From the NCBI GenBank assembly GCA_041494705.1, contig JBGQBI010000001.1, positions 90,001 to 122,000 on the forward strand: a stretch of 32,000 bases of DNA, in the 5' to 3' direction. The position numbers were made by a program, and so were the translations under genes. The DNA is from Candidatus Methanoperedens sp. Its GTDB lineage: Archaea; Halobacteriota; Methanosarcinia; Methanosarcinales; Methanoperedenaceae. A model generated the notes under the pieces. That model saw nothing but the letters and a program-made list of their open reading frames with translations, made no database searches and was not told where the DNA came from. Every line of letters begins with the position of its first letter. Within the stretch, counting starts at the first letter, position 1. Of this stretch, positions 14,736 through 24,179 are shown piece after piece.

Positions 14736-17700
14736 AAGGCTCGGTAGCAGTCGTCGGAGGCGGCATAGCAGGGATACAGGCAGCCCTTGACCTGGCGGAC
14801 AGCGGGTTCAAGACCTATCTCATAGAATCAAGACCGAGCATAGGCGGAACAATGTCGCAACTGGATAAAACCTTCCCGACCAATGATTGCGCCATGTGCA
14901 TCCTCTCACCGAAGCTTGTGGAAACGGCGAGGCATCCGAATATTGAGCTGCTATCATACAGCGATGTAAAATCCATATCAGGCAAAGCCGGGGATTTCAA
15001 AGTAAAAGTTGTTAAAAAAGCGCGGTACGTGGACGAAACGAAATGTACCGGATGCGGCACCTGCACAGAGAAATGCCCGACAAAAGTACTGGACGAATAC
15101 AATGCAGGTATGAGTAAGCGCAAAGCCATCTATATTCCTTTTGCACAGGCAATCCCCAGGGTTGCGACTATCGATGCTTCAAAATGCATATATCTCACAA
15201 AAGGCAAATGCGGCGTATGCAAGAAAGTATGCGGACCAAAAGCAGTGGATTATGAGCAGAAAGACAAAGAGGTCGAGCTGGACGTTGGTTCGGTCGTTCT
15301 TGCGACCGGCTTTAAACCTTTTGACCCTTCGGTACTGAAACAGTACAGGTTTGACCATCCTGATGTCATCACCTCGCTTCAGTTCGAGCGCCTCCTGAGT
15401 GCGAGCGGTCCGACGCAGGGGCATGTCACAAAGCAATCAGACGGCAAAGTCCCGAAGAAGATCGCTTTTATCCAGTGCGTGGGTTCGCGCAATCCGCGAA
15501 TAGGCAGGAAGCACTGCTCTTCTGTTTGCTGCATGTATGCTACAAAGGAATCCATAATCGCGAAAGAGCATGACTCCGAGCTTGATATTACCATATTCCA
15601 CATTGATATACGTGCATTCGGCAAGAACTTTGAAGAATTCTATAACCGAGCGCAGAGGGAGTACGGCATCAAATACATCAACTCCCGACCGCCTGAAGTT
15701 ATCGTTGACGCAAATAATGCTCTCTCTTTGAAATACGAGGATTTCAATACAGGCGACCTTAAAACCCAGAATTTCGATATGGTAATCCTTTCCATAGGGC
15801 TTGACCCTGCGGATTCTACCCGGACGCTGGCGCAGTCGTCAGGTATCGCGCTTGACGATTTCGGTAACATCGTCACAACCGTTGAGAATCCTGTGGAGAC
15901 AAGCGTTCCCGGCATCTATGTTTGCGGTGTCGCCCAGGGACCAAAGGATATTCCTGACACCGTAGCGCAGGCAAGTGCAGCCGCGGCAAAGGCTGCCGCA
16001 CTTTTATCTGCTGAGCGCGGAACGCTGATAAAAGAGAGAAAGTTCCCGGATGAGAAGCCCCTCTCACCTGAGCCCAGGATAGGTGTATTCGTCTGCCACT
16101 GCGGGATTAACATAGGCAGCGTGGTCAATGTCCCGAACGTGGTAGAGTATGCCAAGACTCTTCCGAACGTGGCGCACGCACAGGAAATGCTGTATGCATG
16201 TTCCTCAGATTCGCAGGTTACGATTAAGGAAACCATAGCAAAGAATAACCTGAACCGCGTAGTGGTGGCGTCGTGCACGCCGCGCACACACGAGCCTCTG
16301 TTCCAGAATACCTGTCGTGAGGCAGGGCTTAATCCCTATCTTTTCGAACTCGCCAATATCCGCGAACACTGCTCCTGGGTACATATGAAGGAAAAGGAGA
16401 AAGCCACTGAAAAGGCGAAGGGAGTCGTGCAGATGGCCGTGGCAAAATCAGCCCTTTTCCAGCCCCTGTACAAGCAAAAAGTATCTCTTATCAACAAGGC
16501 GCTGGTGCTCGGAGGCGGCGTAGCTGGCATGACCGCGGCGCTTGATATTGCGAATAACGGTTATAGCGTGACACTCGTCGAGAAAGAAACAGAACTTGGC
16601 GGGATGCTTAGAGAAATGACAGAGTTGTACGACGGAAAGAAGCCCTCCGATGTATTAAAAGAACTCATCCGGAAGGTCAATGATAATAAAAATATCGTAG
16701 TCGTAAATGAGGCGAAACTCATCAAGGTCGAAGGCTATCTTGGTAACTTTAAGGGAATCATCCAGGCAAAAGGAAAAGAGAAGACTGTGGATTTCGGGGC
16801 TGCTGTTGTTGCAACAGGCGCACGGAACTTTGAGCCTGCCGGATTATTCAACTACGGAAAGGATTCACGCGTAGTTACGCAGGCACAGCTTGAGAAAATG
16901 CTCGGTAATAGTATCAGCGCAAAGAATATCACAATGATACAGTGCGTAGGAGCCCGCAATAAAGAAAGAGAGTATTGCGGGAGAACATGCTGCATCGATG
17001 CAGTAAAGAATGCTATAAGGATTAAAAAAGCAAACAGCAGTGCCAACGTCTATGTCCTGTACCGCGACATGAGGACGTACGGGGTCATGGAAAGGCTGTA
17101 CGAAGAAGCCAGAGACCTTGGCGTAATATTCATCAAATACGATGCTGAGAAACTGCCCGCAGTTCAGGATGGAGCTGTAACAGTTCACGATTCCATGCTC
17201 AACGAAGACATTGAAATCGCATCAGACCTCGTGGTGCTGAGCACTCCTTTAGTGGCCGGAGAGAACGAGGAAATAAACCAGTTGTTCAAGATACCTCTTG
17301 ATAAGAACAAATTCTTCCTCGAAGCGCATCCAAAACTGCGGCCTGTGGATTTTGCCACGGACGGTGTTTTCCTGTGCGGAAGTGCGCAGGCGCCCAAGCT
17401 CATGGATGAGGCAATATCGCAGGCAAGCGCGGCTGCCTCCCGTGCATGTACAATCCTGTCCCGCAAGTTCATAGAAACAGAGGGTGCGGTATCAATTGTC
17501 AACGAGGCAAAATGCATAGGCTGCGGGACATGCGTTACAATGTGTCCGTATAATGCGCCTTCATTGTATGATGTGACCGTGAAAGTGGAAGAGGTCACAT
17601 ACACGACAAAGAAATCAAAAATAAACCCGGCTGCCTGCAAGGGATGCGGTTCATGTGCCGCCGCTTGTCCCGCCGGAGCGATAACTGCCCAGCATTTCTC

Positions 17701-17791
17701 TTCAAAAGAGATAGGCGAGGCAATAGATGCTTTTGATAAAGGTGTCCGGAGCATTTCGTTAGAGAAGGGTGTCGTGGAGGTGACAATATGA
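14732..17791 (+). CDS. hdrA: HdrA-family flavoprotein, 1019-aa tandem (two FAD-binding modules)
   Basis: Module 1 has VVGGGIAGIQAALDLA, FPTNDCAMCIL and the inserted ferredoxin CTGCGTCTEKCP. Module 2 starts near nt 16080 with VFVCHCGINIG, then LGGGVAGMTAALDIA and the C-terminal CIGCGTCVTMCP..CKGCGSCAAACP. Confidence 0.9.
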   Translation: MKGSVAVVGGGIAGIQAALDLADSGFKTYLIESRPSIGGTMSQLDKTFPTNDCAMCILSPKLVETARHPNIELLSYSDVKSISGKAGDFKVKVVKKARYVDETKCTGCGTCTEKCPTKVLDEYNAGMSKRKAIYIPFAQAIPRVATIDASKCIYLTKGKCGVCKKVCGPKAVDYEQKDKEVELDVGSVVLATGFKPFDPSVLKQYRFDHPDVITSLQFERLLSASGPTQGHVTKQSDGKVPKKIAFIQCVGSRNPRIGRKHCSSVCCMYATKESIIAKEHDSELDITIFHIDIRAFGKNFEEFYNRAQREYGIKYINSRPPEVIVDANNALSLKYEDFNTGDLKTQNFDMVILSIGLDPADSTRTLAQSSGIALDDFGNIVTTVENPVETSVPGIYVCGVAQGPKDIPDTVAQASAAAAKAAALLSAERGTLIKERKFPDEKPLSPEPRIGVFVCHCGINIGSVVNVPNVVEYAKTLPNVAHAQEMLYACSSDSQVTIKETIAKNNLNRVVVASCTPRTHEPLFQNTCREAGLNPYLFELANIREHCSWVHMKEKEKATEKAKGVVQMAVAKSALFQPLYKQKVSLINKALVLGGGVAGMTAALDIANNGYSVTLVEKETELGGMLREMTELYDGKKPSDVLKELIRKVNDNKNIVVVNEAKLIKVEGYLGNFKGIIQAKGKEKTVDFGAAVVATGARNFEPAGLFNYGKDSRVVTQAQLEKMLGNSISAKNITMIQCVGARNKEREYCGRTCCIDAVKNAIRIKKANSSANVYVLYRDMRTYGVMERLYEEARDLGVIFIKYDAEKLPAVQDGAVTVHDSMLNEDIEIASDLVVLSTPLVAGENEEINQLFKIPLDKNKFFLEAHPKLRPVDFATDGVFLCGSAQAPKLMDEAISQASAAASRACTILSRKFIETEGAVSIVNEAKCIGCGTCVTMCPYNAPSLYDVTVKVEEVTYTTKKSKINPAACKGCGSCAAACPAGAITAQHFSSKEIGEAIDAFDKGVRSISLEKGVVEVTI

Positions 17792-18291
17792 ATGAGGAAG
17801 CGGTCAAAGCGAACCCCGCGCAGGCGGGGAACGGCTGGGAACCCAATATCCTCGCTTTCTGCTGCAACTGGTGTTCGTATGCGGGGGCAGACCTTGCGGG
17901 AGTAAGCCGTTTCCAGTATCCCCCGACAGTCAAGATTTTGAGAGTGATGTGTTCAAGCAGGGTCGAACCTTCGTTCATCCTGAAAGCATTAAATGACGGA
18001 GCTGACGGCGTTCTGATAGCCGGTTGCCACATAGGTGATTGCCACTATATCGACGGCAACAGGAATGCCGAGGTCAGGATTAATAATACTAAAAAAGCGC
18101 TGGCAAAACTGGGATTTGATAAGAGGCTTCGGCTTGAGTGGATATCAGCCAGCGAAGGATTGCGATTCTCAGAAGTTATTCGAGATTTTACAGAAGAGAT
18201 TAAAAAATTGGGTCAAAACCCGGTCTTTGATGAACCTGTCAAAAAAGACCGGAGAACATTAGGTTCATCAAACAAGGAAGTGAAGAAATGA
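17788..18291 (+). CDS. mvhD: MvhD-like [2Fe-2S] protein (copy 1)
   Basis: It has [38 protein letters not shown] overlap with the upstream gene. Confidence 0.9.
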   Translation: MNEEAVKANPAQAGNGWEPNILAFCCNWCSYAGADLAGVSRFQYPPTVKILRVMCSSRVEPSFILKALNDGADGVLIAGCHIGDCHYIDGNRNAEVRINNTKKALAKLGFDKRLRLEWISASEGLRFSEVIRDFTEEIKKLGQNPVFDEPVKKDRRTLGSSNKEVKK

Positions 18292-20297
18292 GCGATATTA
18301 AAGGTACTGAAAATAAAGGTGCCGTTCCAATAGATAACGACGAAAAGCGGGTAGGTGTGTTTGTTTGCGAATGCGGTGTGAATATCGGAGGCGTAGTTAA
18401 CACAAAAGCTGTGGCTGAATATATCGGAACTCTGCCGGGCGTGAAAGTAACCTCCGTGAATAAATTCACATGCTCTGACTCAGGCCAGGCTGATATCCAG
18501 TCGAAAATAAAAGAACATAATCTCAACCGCGTTGTAGTAGCGGCTTGTTCGCCAAAGACACATGAACCAACATTTCGTGCTTGCATCGAGCAGATGGGAC
18601 TGAACCAGTACTTCCTTGAATTCGTAAATATCAGAGACCACTGCTCATGGATACACATGTGGGAGAAGGAGAAAGCCACCGAGAAGGCAAAAGACCTTAT
18701 CCGCATGGGAGTTGAGCGCGCAAAGCTGCTTGAACCGCTTCAGGCAAGCGAAGTCCCTGTGACTGATAAGGCGCTTGTTGTGGGCGCCGGCGTTGCAGGA
18801 ATGCAGGCTGCTCTTGACCTTGCTGATATGGGTTTCCAGGTCTATCTTGTTGAGAAGGAACCCTCTATCGGCGGCAGGATGGCAAGGTTTGACAAGGTTT
18901 TCCCAACCAATGACTGTTCTATTTGCATCCTCGGTCCAAAGATGGTAGAGGTTGCAAGGAACAAGAATATCAAGATAATGAGTTATTCGGAAGTGAAAGC
19001 GGTTGAAGGGTATGTGGGTAACTTTAACGTGAAAATCGAGCACAAACCAAGATACCTCGATATTGAAAAATGCACAGGCTGCGCAAAATGCAGCGAGGTC
19101 TGCCCTGTCGAAGTGCCTTATGACTTTAACGAGGGCTTCGGGACGCGAAAAGCTATATTTGTCCCCTTCCCGCAGGCAGTCCCACTTCGCGCAGTCTTAG
19201 ACAAAGAGAACTGTATTTCATGCAAAGCGTGCGCAAAGGCATGCGAACGCGGCGCAATCAATTACGATATGCAGCCGAGTTTTACGGATGTCAATGTGGG
19301 CGTCATCATCGGCGCAGTCGGATTCAAGACTTATGACCCTGAACCCAGACACGATTTCGGCTACGGGTTATATGATAACATCATAACAGCTATGGAATTT
19401 GAGCGGCTTCTTAACGCAGCAGGTCCCACAGGCGGGCATGTGGTAAGACCGTCTGACTGCAAAGAACCGATACGCGTTGGATTTGTGAACTGCGTTGGTT
19501 CACGCGATAAGAACACCAACATTTACTGCTCAGGCGTATGCTGCATGGTTACCATAAAGAACGCGCAGCTCCTTAAAGAGAAGCGCCCTGAAACTGACCA
19601 GACGATAATGTATATAGATATCAGGACACCCTTCAGAGGCTACGAGGAATCATATAACAGGTCGCGAAACCTTGGCGTGAAATTCCTGCGCGGAAGACCC
19701 GTGGAAGTGAAAGAAGACCCTGTTACCAAGAATATCAAGGTGCGGGTTGAGGATACACTTGCAAATGAGATACGAAATCTCGAATTTGATCTGCTTGTCC
19801 TTGCAACCGGCATTGTCCCGAATGAAGGAATTAACCAGATACAGCAGTTATTGAAATTATCAAAAGCAGCGGATGGCCTGCTTATGGAAGCGCATCCTAA
19901 ATTGAGACCTGTGGATACGACTATCGATGGCGTGTTCCTCGCGGGTTGCGCTTCAGGGCCAAAGGATATTCCCTATGCAGTGTCGCAGGGAAGCGCATGC
20001 GCAGGCCGCGCCACGATTCTTCTCAAAAATAAGAAAGCCATAACGGAAGGCATCACAGCCGTTGTGAATCCTGATGTATGCGTGGGATGCGGCGTGTGTA
20101 TACCCATGTGCCCGTTCCAGGCAATAAAGATGGATGAGAAAGAAGGCAAGGCAAATGTGATGAAGGCGCTGTGTAAAGGCTGCGGGACATGCGTAACAGC
20201 CTGCCCCACAGGCGCCCTGGAGCAGAGCCACTTCAAGAATAACCAGATCCTTGCGCAGGTCAAGAACGTGTTCAGGTTCCAGGAGGTAGCGGCATGA
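18288..20297 (+). CDS. hdrA: heterodisulfide reductase subunit A (canonical architecture, 669 aa)
   Basis: It has [38 protein letters not shown], the inserted [23 protein letters not shown] and the C-terminal [24 protein letters not shown]. Confidence 0.92.
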   Translation: MSDIKGTENKGAVPIDNDEKRVGVFVCECGVNIGGVVNTKAVAEYIGTLPGVKVTSVNKFTCSDSGQADIQSKIKEHNLNRVVVAACSPKTHEPTFRACIEQMGLNQYFLEFVNIRDHCSWIHMWEKEKATEKAKDLIRMGVERAKLLEPLQASEVPVTDKALVVGAGVAGMQAALDLADMGFQVYLVEKEPSIGGRMARFDKVFPTNDCSICILGPKMVEVARNKNIKIMSYSEVKAVEGYVGNFNVKIEHKPRYLDIEKCTGCAKCSEVCPVEVPYDFNEGFGTRKAIFVPFPQAVPLRAVLDKENCISCKACAKACERGAINYDMQPSFTDVNVGVIIGAVGFKTYDPEPRHDFGYGLYDNIITAMEFERLLNAAGPTGGHVVRPSDCKEPIRVGFVNCVGSRDKNTNIYCSGVCCMVTIKNAQLLKEKRPETDQTIMYIDIRTPFRGYEESYNRSRNLGVKFLRGRPVEVKEDPVTKNIKVRVEDTLANEIRNLEFDLLVLATGIVPNEGINQIQQLLKLSKAADGLLMEAHPKLRPVDTTIDGVFLAGCASGPKDIPYAVSQGSACAGRATILLKNKKAITEGITAVVNPDVCVGCGVCIPMCPFQAIKMDEKEGKANVMKALCKGCGTCVTACPTGALEQSHFKNNQILAQVKNVFRFQEVAA

Positions 20298-20755
20298 GTG
20301 CAGAAGCTGTTGCGGCTCAGCCTGCTCCTAAGAGTAATGGCTGGGAACCCAAAATCGTGGCGTTCTGCTGCAACTGGTGCTCATACGGAGGCGCCGACAG
20401 CGCAGGCATGGGCAGGTTCCAGCAGCCGGCATCGACAAGAATCATTCGCGTTATGTGCTCGGGACGAATAGACCCACTGCATGTGTTCAACGCATTTCTG
20501 GAAGGTGCAGATGCTGTGCTTGTCACGGGATGCCATATAGGCGATTGCCATTATGTAAACGGGAACGATAAGACCAAGATTAAATACAAATTCCTTGAGA
20601 ACATGACGAGAGAGTTGGGAATTGAGAAGGAAAGGCTGCAACTGAACTGGATATCAGCAAGCGAGGGAGAAAAGTTTGCCAATTTCATCCGTGATGTTAC
20701 AGAGCAGATAAAAAAACTCGGACCAAGTCCGCTTAAACCCGAGGGGGTGGCGTAA
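20294..20755 (+). CDS. mvhD: MvhD-like [2Fe-2S] protein (copy 2)
   Basis: It has [34 protein letters not shown]. By eye it is roughly half identical to copy 1. Confidence 0.9.
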   Translation: MSAEAVAAQPAPKSNGWEPKIVAFCCNWCSYGGADSAGMGRFQQPASTRIIRVMCSGRIDPLHVFNAFLEGADAVLVTGCHIGDCHYVNGNDKTKIKYKFLENMTRELGIEKERLQLNWISASEGEKFANFIRDVTEQIKKLGPSPLKPEGVA

Positions 20756-21906
20756 TGCAGAACGGCGAAATGTTCGTTGGCTGGTCAACGAAAGAGGATG
20801 TCAGGAAACGAGGCGGCTCAGGCGGTCTTGTTACGTCCGTACTCGCGGCTGCGCTTGAGAAGAAATTGGTCGATGCTGTCGTGGTATTAAAGAAAATCAA
20901 CGAGTTTGAAGCGGTACCGATAATAACCTCTGATGTGAATGAGGTGCTGAACTCGGCAGGCTCTTTGCACTCAGTTCCGAGCAACTTTGCAAAACTCATC
21001 GCCAATAAGGATATGAAAGTGGCCCTTCCGGCGAAGGGTTGCGATGTGCGCGGGGTTATCGAGCAGAGCAAGCGCAATGCCGTAAATCTTGATAATACTT
21101 TTACAATCGGTCTTAACTGCGGCGGGTCAATGCACCCAGTCGTGACGCGTGAGATGCTTGAAGTCATGTACAAGATCAAGCCAGAAGATGTTCACGGCGA
21201 AGAGATCGAGAAAGGAAAACTCATTTTCGAGACAAAGGATGGAAAAGAGCACGCAATAACCATTGACGAGCTTGAAGAGAAAGGTTATGGACGCAGGGAG
21301 AGCTGCCGGTATTGCACGATCAAGATACCGAACAACGCCGACCTTGCGTGCGGGAACTGGGGCGTGACCGGAGACCTTGTTGGCAAAGCCACTTTTGTAG
21401 AGATAAATTCAGAAAAAGGAGCAAAGCTCCTTCAAAATGCCATCGACGCCGGATATGTGCAGGTGCAAAAGCCTGATGAGAAAGGTGTTGCGGCGCGCGC
21501 CAAGATTAAAGGCGTTATGGAAAGTCTTGGCAAGAAATGGAAGGATAAGGTATTTGTTCCAATCGATAACAGGCTTGAGTATTTCAGGAAAGAGCTTGAG
21601 CACTGCATCGACTGCGGCGCCTGCAAAGCAGTGTGCCCCACATGCTCATGCGGGGATGTTTCAAAATGCACCGAATTCCACTTCCGCGGCGATGCTTACA
21701 AGATGTCCATGTATCATCTGGTGCGCTTTTTGCACCTTGCGGATTCATGTATCGGGTGTGGGCAGTGCAGCGATGTGTGCCCTGTTGATATTCCGCTCAC
21801 AAGATTATATAGGCGCTTTGCAAATCCTGTGCAGGAGCAGTTAAAGTATGAACCTGGCATGGATATGCGAAAGCCCCCTTATTTTGAGGTGAAGTTAAAT
21901 GAGTGA
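20755..21906 (+). CDS. FrhB/FdhB-family (F420-binding type) Fe-S flavoprotein with a C-terminal 2x[4Fe-4S] domain
   Basis: It has the GGSGGLVTSVLAAALEKKLVDAVVV N-terminus typical of the FrhB/FdhB/FpoF family, CRYCTIKIPNNADLACGNWG, and then CIDCGACKAVCPTCSC..CIGCGQCSDVCP. TAATG overlap with mvhD. Confidence 0.8.
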   Translation: MQNGEMFVGWSTKEDVRKRGGSGGLVTSVLAAALEKKLVDAVVVLKKINEFEAVPIITSDVNEVLNSAGSLHSVPSNFAKLIANKDMKVALPAKGCDVRGVIEQSKRNAVNLDNTFTIGLNCGGSMHPVVTREMLEVMYKIKPEDVHGEEIEKGKLIFETKDGKEHAITIDELEEKGYGRRESCRYCTIKIPNNADLACGNWGVTGDLVGKATFVEINSEKGAKLLQNAIDAGYVQVQKPDEKGVAARAKIKGVMESLGKKWKDKVFVPIDNRLEYFRKELEHCIDCGACKAVCPTCSCGDVSKCTEFHFRGDAYKMSMYHLVRFLHLADSCIGCGQCSDVCPVDIPLTRLYRRFANPVQEQLKYEPGMDMRKPPYFEVKLNE

Positions 21907-22303
21907 GGATTTTAGTTTGATTAAACCGCAGATGAAAATAGATGAACGCGGATTTGCTCTGAATTTATGTGAGTCTCTGGAGAAAAAACACGGAGATGCA
22001 GAGGCAAAGGGAGGTTTTTCAGGTTTATCTCCTTTGCGTCTTTTTAGTGAAATTCATGATAAAAATCTGAATGGCGATTCCTTGGATCAGGAGCGTTTAG
22101 CCAAAGAAGACCTAGAAGAACTGAGAAAATCGTCAGGATTAACTCCTTTGCATCCTGGTGGCGAGATTCATAATAGGAATTTGAATAGTGTGTCTCCGGA
22201 AGAAGGATTTCCAGCAGCAGAGAACATAGAAACGCTGATAAATTATTCGGGATTAACTCCTTTGCGGCCTGGTGGCGAGATTTACAAAAGAGGTTTGATT
22301 TAA
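21899..22303 (+). CDS. 134-aa ORF composed of repeat modules; protein-coding status doubtful
   Basis: It fits exactly between its neighbours: an 8-nt overlap upstream, and its stop directly abuts the next ATG. Its sequence consists of modules found elsewhere only in intergenic DNA, plus three ~55-65-nt direct repeats. Confidence 0.3.
   Translation: MSEDFSLIKPQMKIDERGFALNLCESLEKKHGDAEAKGGFSGLSPLRLFSEIHDKNLNGDSLDQERLAKEDLEELRKSSGLTPLHPGGEIHNRNLNSVSPEEGFPAAENIETLINYSGLTPLRPGGEIYKRGLI
22019..22302 (+). repeat. three direct repeats at ~115-nt spacing (GGATTAACTCCTTTGCGGCCTGGTGGCGAGAT-type)
   Basis: The units start near 22019, 22134 and 22249. They encode GLSPLRLFSEIHDKNLN / GLTPLHPGGEIHNRNLN / GLTPLRPGGEIYKRGL. 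The core CCTTTGCGG..TGGCGAG resembles the CCTTTGCGGTGAGCG of element A. Confidence 0.8.
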
Positions 22304-23719
22304 ATGACCGATAATGTTTATTCAACAATATGCCCGGGCTGCAATTTTGGCTGCGGATTATATATTCGAGAGAACGGAAAACTTGAAGTGGATTTCAGGA
22401 AATCCTCTCCTGCCAATGCCGGGAAGCTTTGCAGGTTCGGAATGAGCCTCTTCCGCCTCTATACACCTGTTAAATCGATGGTGGATGGAAAGGAGACCTC
22501 GCCTGAAGAAGCTGCAAAGGAAGCAGCTAAGAGAATATCGGCAAGCAAGGGTTCCACAGCTTTCCTCTCGTTCGGCAACACCACAAGCGAGGAGCTTCTT
22601 GCATTCCGGAAAGTTGCTGAATCCTATTTATGCACGGGAGCAAATTTCGAGGAGCTTCCAAAAGACACATATCAGACCCTGAGCGTGGGAATACCATATA
22701 TTGAAATCGAAGCTGCAAAACATATCGTGCTCTTTATCGACCCATATGAGCAGTATCCGCTGATAGTCCGGCGCCTGCTTTCAGCCAGGAAGAAAGGAGC
22801 GAAGATAACTTCGGTGTGGTGGAAGGATTTACCCTTAGCAGATGAGAACATCCGACCTGCTGATGTTTCAAAGTTGCAGCTCACAAAAGATTCGCTTGTT
22901 ATTGCTGATTTTCACCCGCTTTCGGATATTGAGCAGGTTAAGAGCGTACTGTCTCTTGTAAAGAACGCAGGCGCTAAAGTAACATTCCTCAAGCCTTTTG
23001 TGAATTCAACAGGTGCATATTTATTGTATAAGGATGCCAAGCAAAAATCACTGGCGCAACTGGTTGAGGATATAAATAAAGGGACGATAAAGACATTGTT
23101 CTGTCTCGAATCCGACCCGTCCGCGCTGATACCATCTGAGACTCTTTCAAAACTCACGAATCTTATTGTCCAGACAGGGCAGGCAGTTTCGGCAAATGCA
23201 AATGTGGTAATAGCCCATGAGCCGCTGTATAAGAAGAGAGGCACTCTCATCAACAACGAGGGCAGGGCACAGGCGCTTGGCGGCGCGGGAACGAGCGGGC
23301 TTGATGCGCTTGGAATCATAGCTGGCGCCAAATTTGATTTCAATGTTCTTCATGAATCCGTTAAAAAGTCTATTGGAATTGCGTCAGTCGATGAATTCAC
23401 AATCCCGAAATATGATAGACCTGCTTACGGCGCGATACAGGCAGCGGCGAAACCGGCTGAAGCCAAAACGGCACTTGTAAGCGTGTACAACCCGTTCATG
23501 TGGTTTAATCTGGGAGACGATAACGATTTTGTGGAATTGAATCTGAATGTTGTGAGGGCGCTCAAGCTCCTGAAGGGCGGGACACTCAAGATAAAGTCTA
23601 ACGGCAGTGCCATTGAAAAGAAGTTCAAGGTGGCGCCTGTGCAGGATAATATTTTGCTGGCAGGCAGGAAGTTTGGGATTGAAAAGGGGATTCTCACGCC
23701 GGTTGAGATTTCGAGGTGA
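22304..23719 (+). CDS. compact molybdopterin-oxidoreductase-family protein (FdhA/FwdB-like N-terminus plus C-terminal MopB beta-barrel-like domain)
   Basis: CPGCNFGCGLY..KLCRFG is the N-terminal 4-Cys cluster site. It also has FLSFGNTTSEELLAFRKV, GAKITSV, ANVVIAHEPLYKKRGTLINNEGRAQ and the C-terminal DFVELNLNVVRALKLLKGGTLKIKS. At 471 aa it is clearly shorter than typical FdhA. Confidence 0.7.
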   Translation: MTDNVYSTICPGCNFGCGLYIRENGKLEVDFRKSSPANAGKLCRFGMSLFRLYTPVKSMVDGKETSPEEAAKEAAKRISASKGSTAFLSFGNTTSEELLAFRKVAESYLCTGANFEELPKDTYQTLSVGIPYIEIEAAKHIVLFIDPYEQYPLIVRRLLSARKKGAKITSVWWKDLPLADENIRPADVSKLQLTKDSLVIADFHPLSDIEQVKSVLSLVKNAGAKVTFLKPFVNSTGAYLLYKDAKQKSLAQLVEDINKGTIKTLFCLESDPSALIPSETLSKLTNLIVQTGQAVSANANVVIAHEPLYKKRGTLINNEGRAQALGGAGTSGLDALGIIAGAKFDFNVLHESVKKSIGIASVDEFTIPKYDRPAYGAIQAAAKPAEAKTALVSVYNPFMWFNLGDDNDFVELNLNVVRALKLLKGGTLKIKSNGSAIEKKFKVAPVQDNILLAGRKFGIEKGILTPVEISR

Positions 23720-23724
23720 TAGGT

Positions 23725-24012
23725 ATGGCAGAAGAGATAGCTATTATAAAAGCGGAAGCAGCGCCGGAAGTTAAAGCTGAAGCGCCAAAAGCAAAGGAAG
23801 CCGACCCGAACAAGGAGTTTGTGGACGGCATTATGGGTGAGATGGCTCTAAAAGGCGCATCAAAAAAGAGGCTTGTCAAGAAGCTGGCTGAGCAGTATGG
23901 TTTTGATAAACAGAAGGTGCTGTTTAGGCTAAGGCGAGCGCTGATTACGGAGAGGTATGCCGGAGCATGCGGAAGCGGGGCATTGAGTTCAGTTGGCTGC
24001 GCCGCGCCCTGA
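23725..24012 (+). CDS. 95-aa Lys/Ala/Glu-rich protein of unknown function
   Basis: The ATG at 23725 is preceded by GGTGA with 5-nt spacing. It reads MAEEIAIIKAEAAPEVKAEAPKAKE..KRLVKKLAEQYGFDKQKVLFRLRRAL. The last ~10 codons lead into, and the stop overlaps, the left edge of repeat element A copy 2. Confidence 0.45.
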   Translation: MAEEIAIIKAEAAPEVKAEAPKAKEADPNKEFVDGIMGEMALKGASKKRLVKKLAEQYGFDKQKVLFRLRRALITERYAGACGSGALSSVGCAAP

Positions 24013-24013
24013 C

Positions 24014-24145
24014 ACCGCGCCGCCGGGTTCGTACGAGTTCGTATCAGTTCGTTGTTTTTTATAAAAGATTGCTGCTGGGCTTTGCGCCCTTTGCGGTGAG
24101 CGTACACTTGTGGTTACATCGGTTTCCTATCGGCGCCACAACTGT
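24014..24145 (+). repeat. element A copy 2 (full length, ~132 bp)
   Basis: The sequence is ..GGGTTCGTACGAGTTCGTATCAGTTCGTTGTTTTTTATAAAAGATTGCTGCTGGGCTTTGCGCCCTTTGCGGTGAGCGTACACTTGTGGTTACATCGGTTTCCTATCGGCGCCACAACTGT. Confidence 0.9.
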
Positions 24146-24179
24146 ATAAGTAATTTAAGTATGTTTAATCCCGTCTGAA

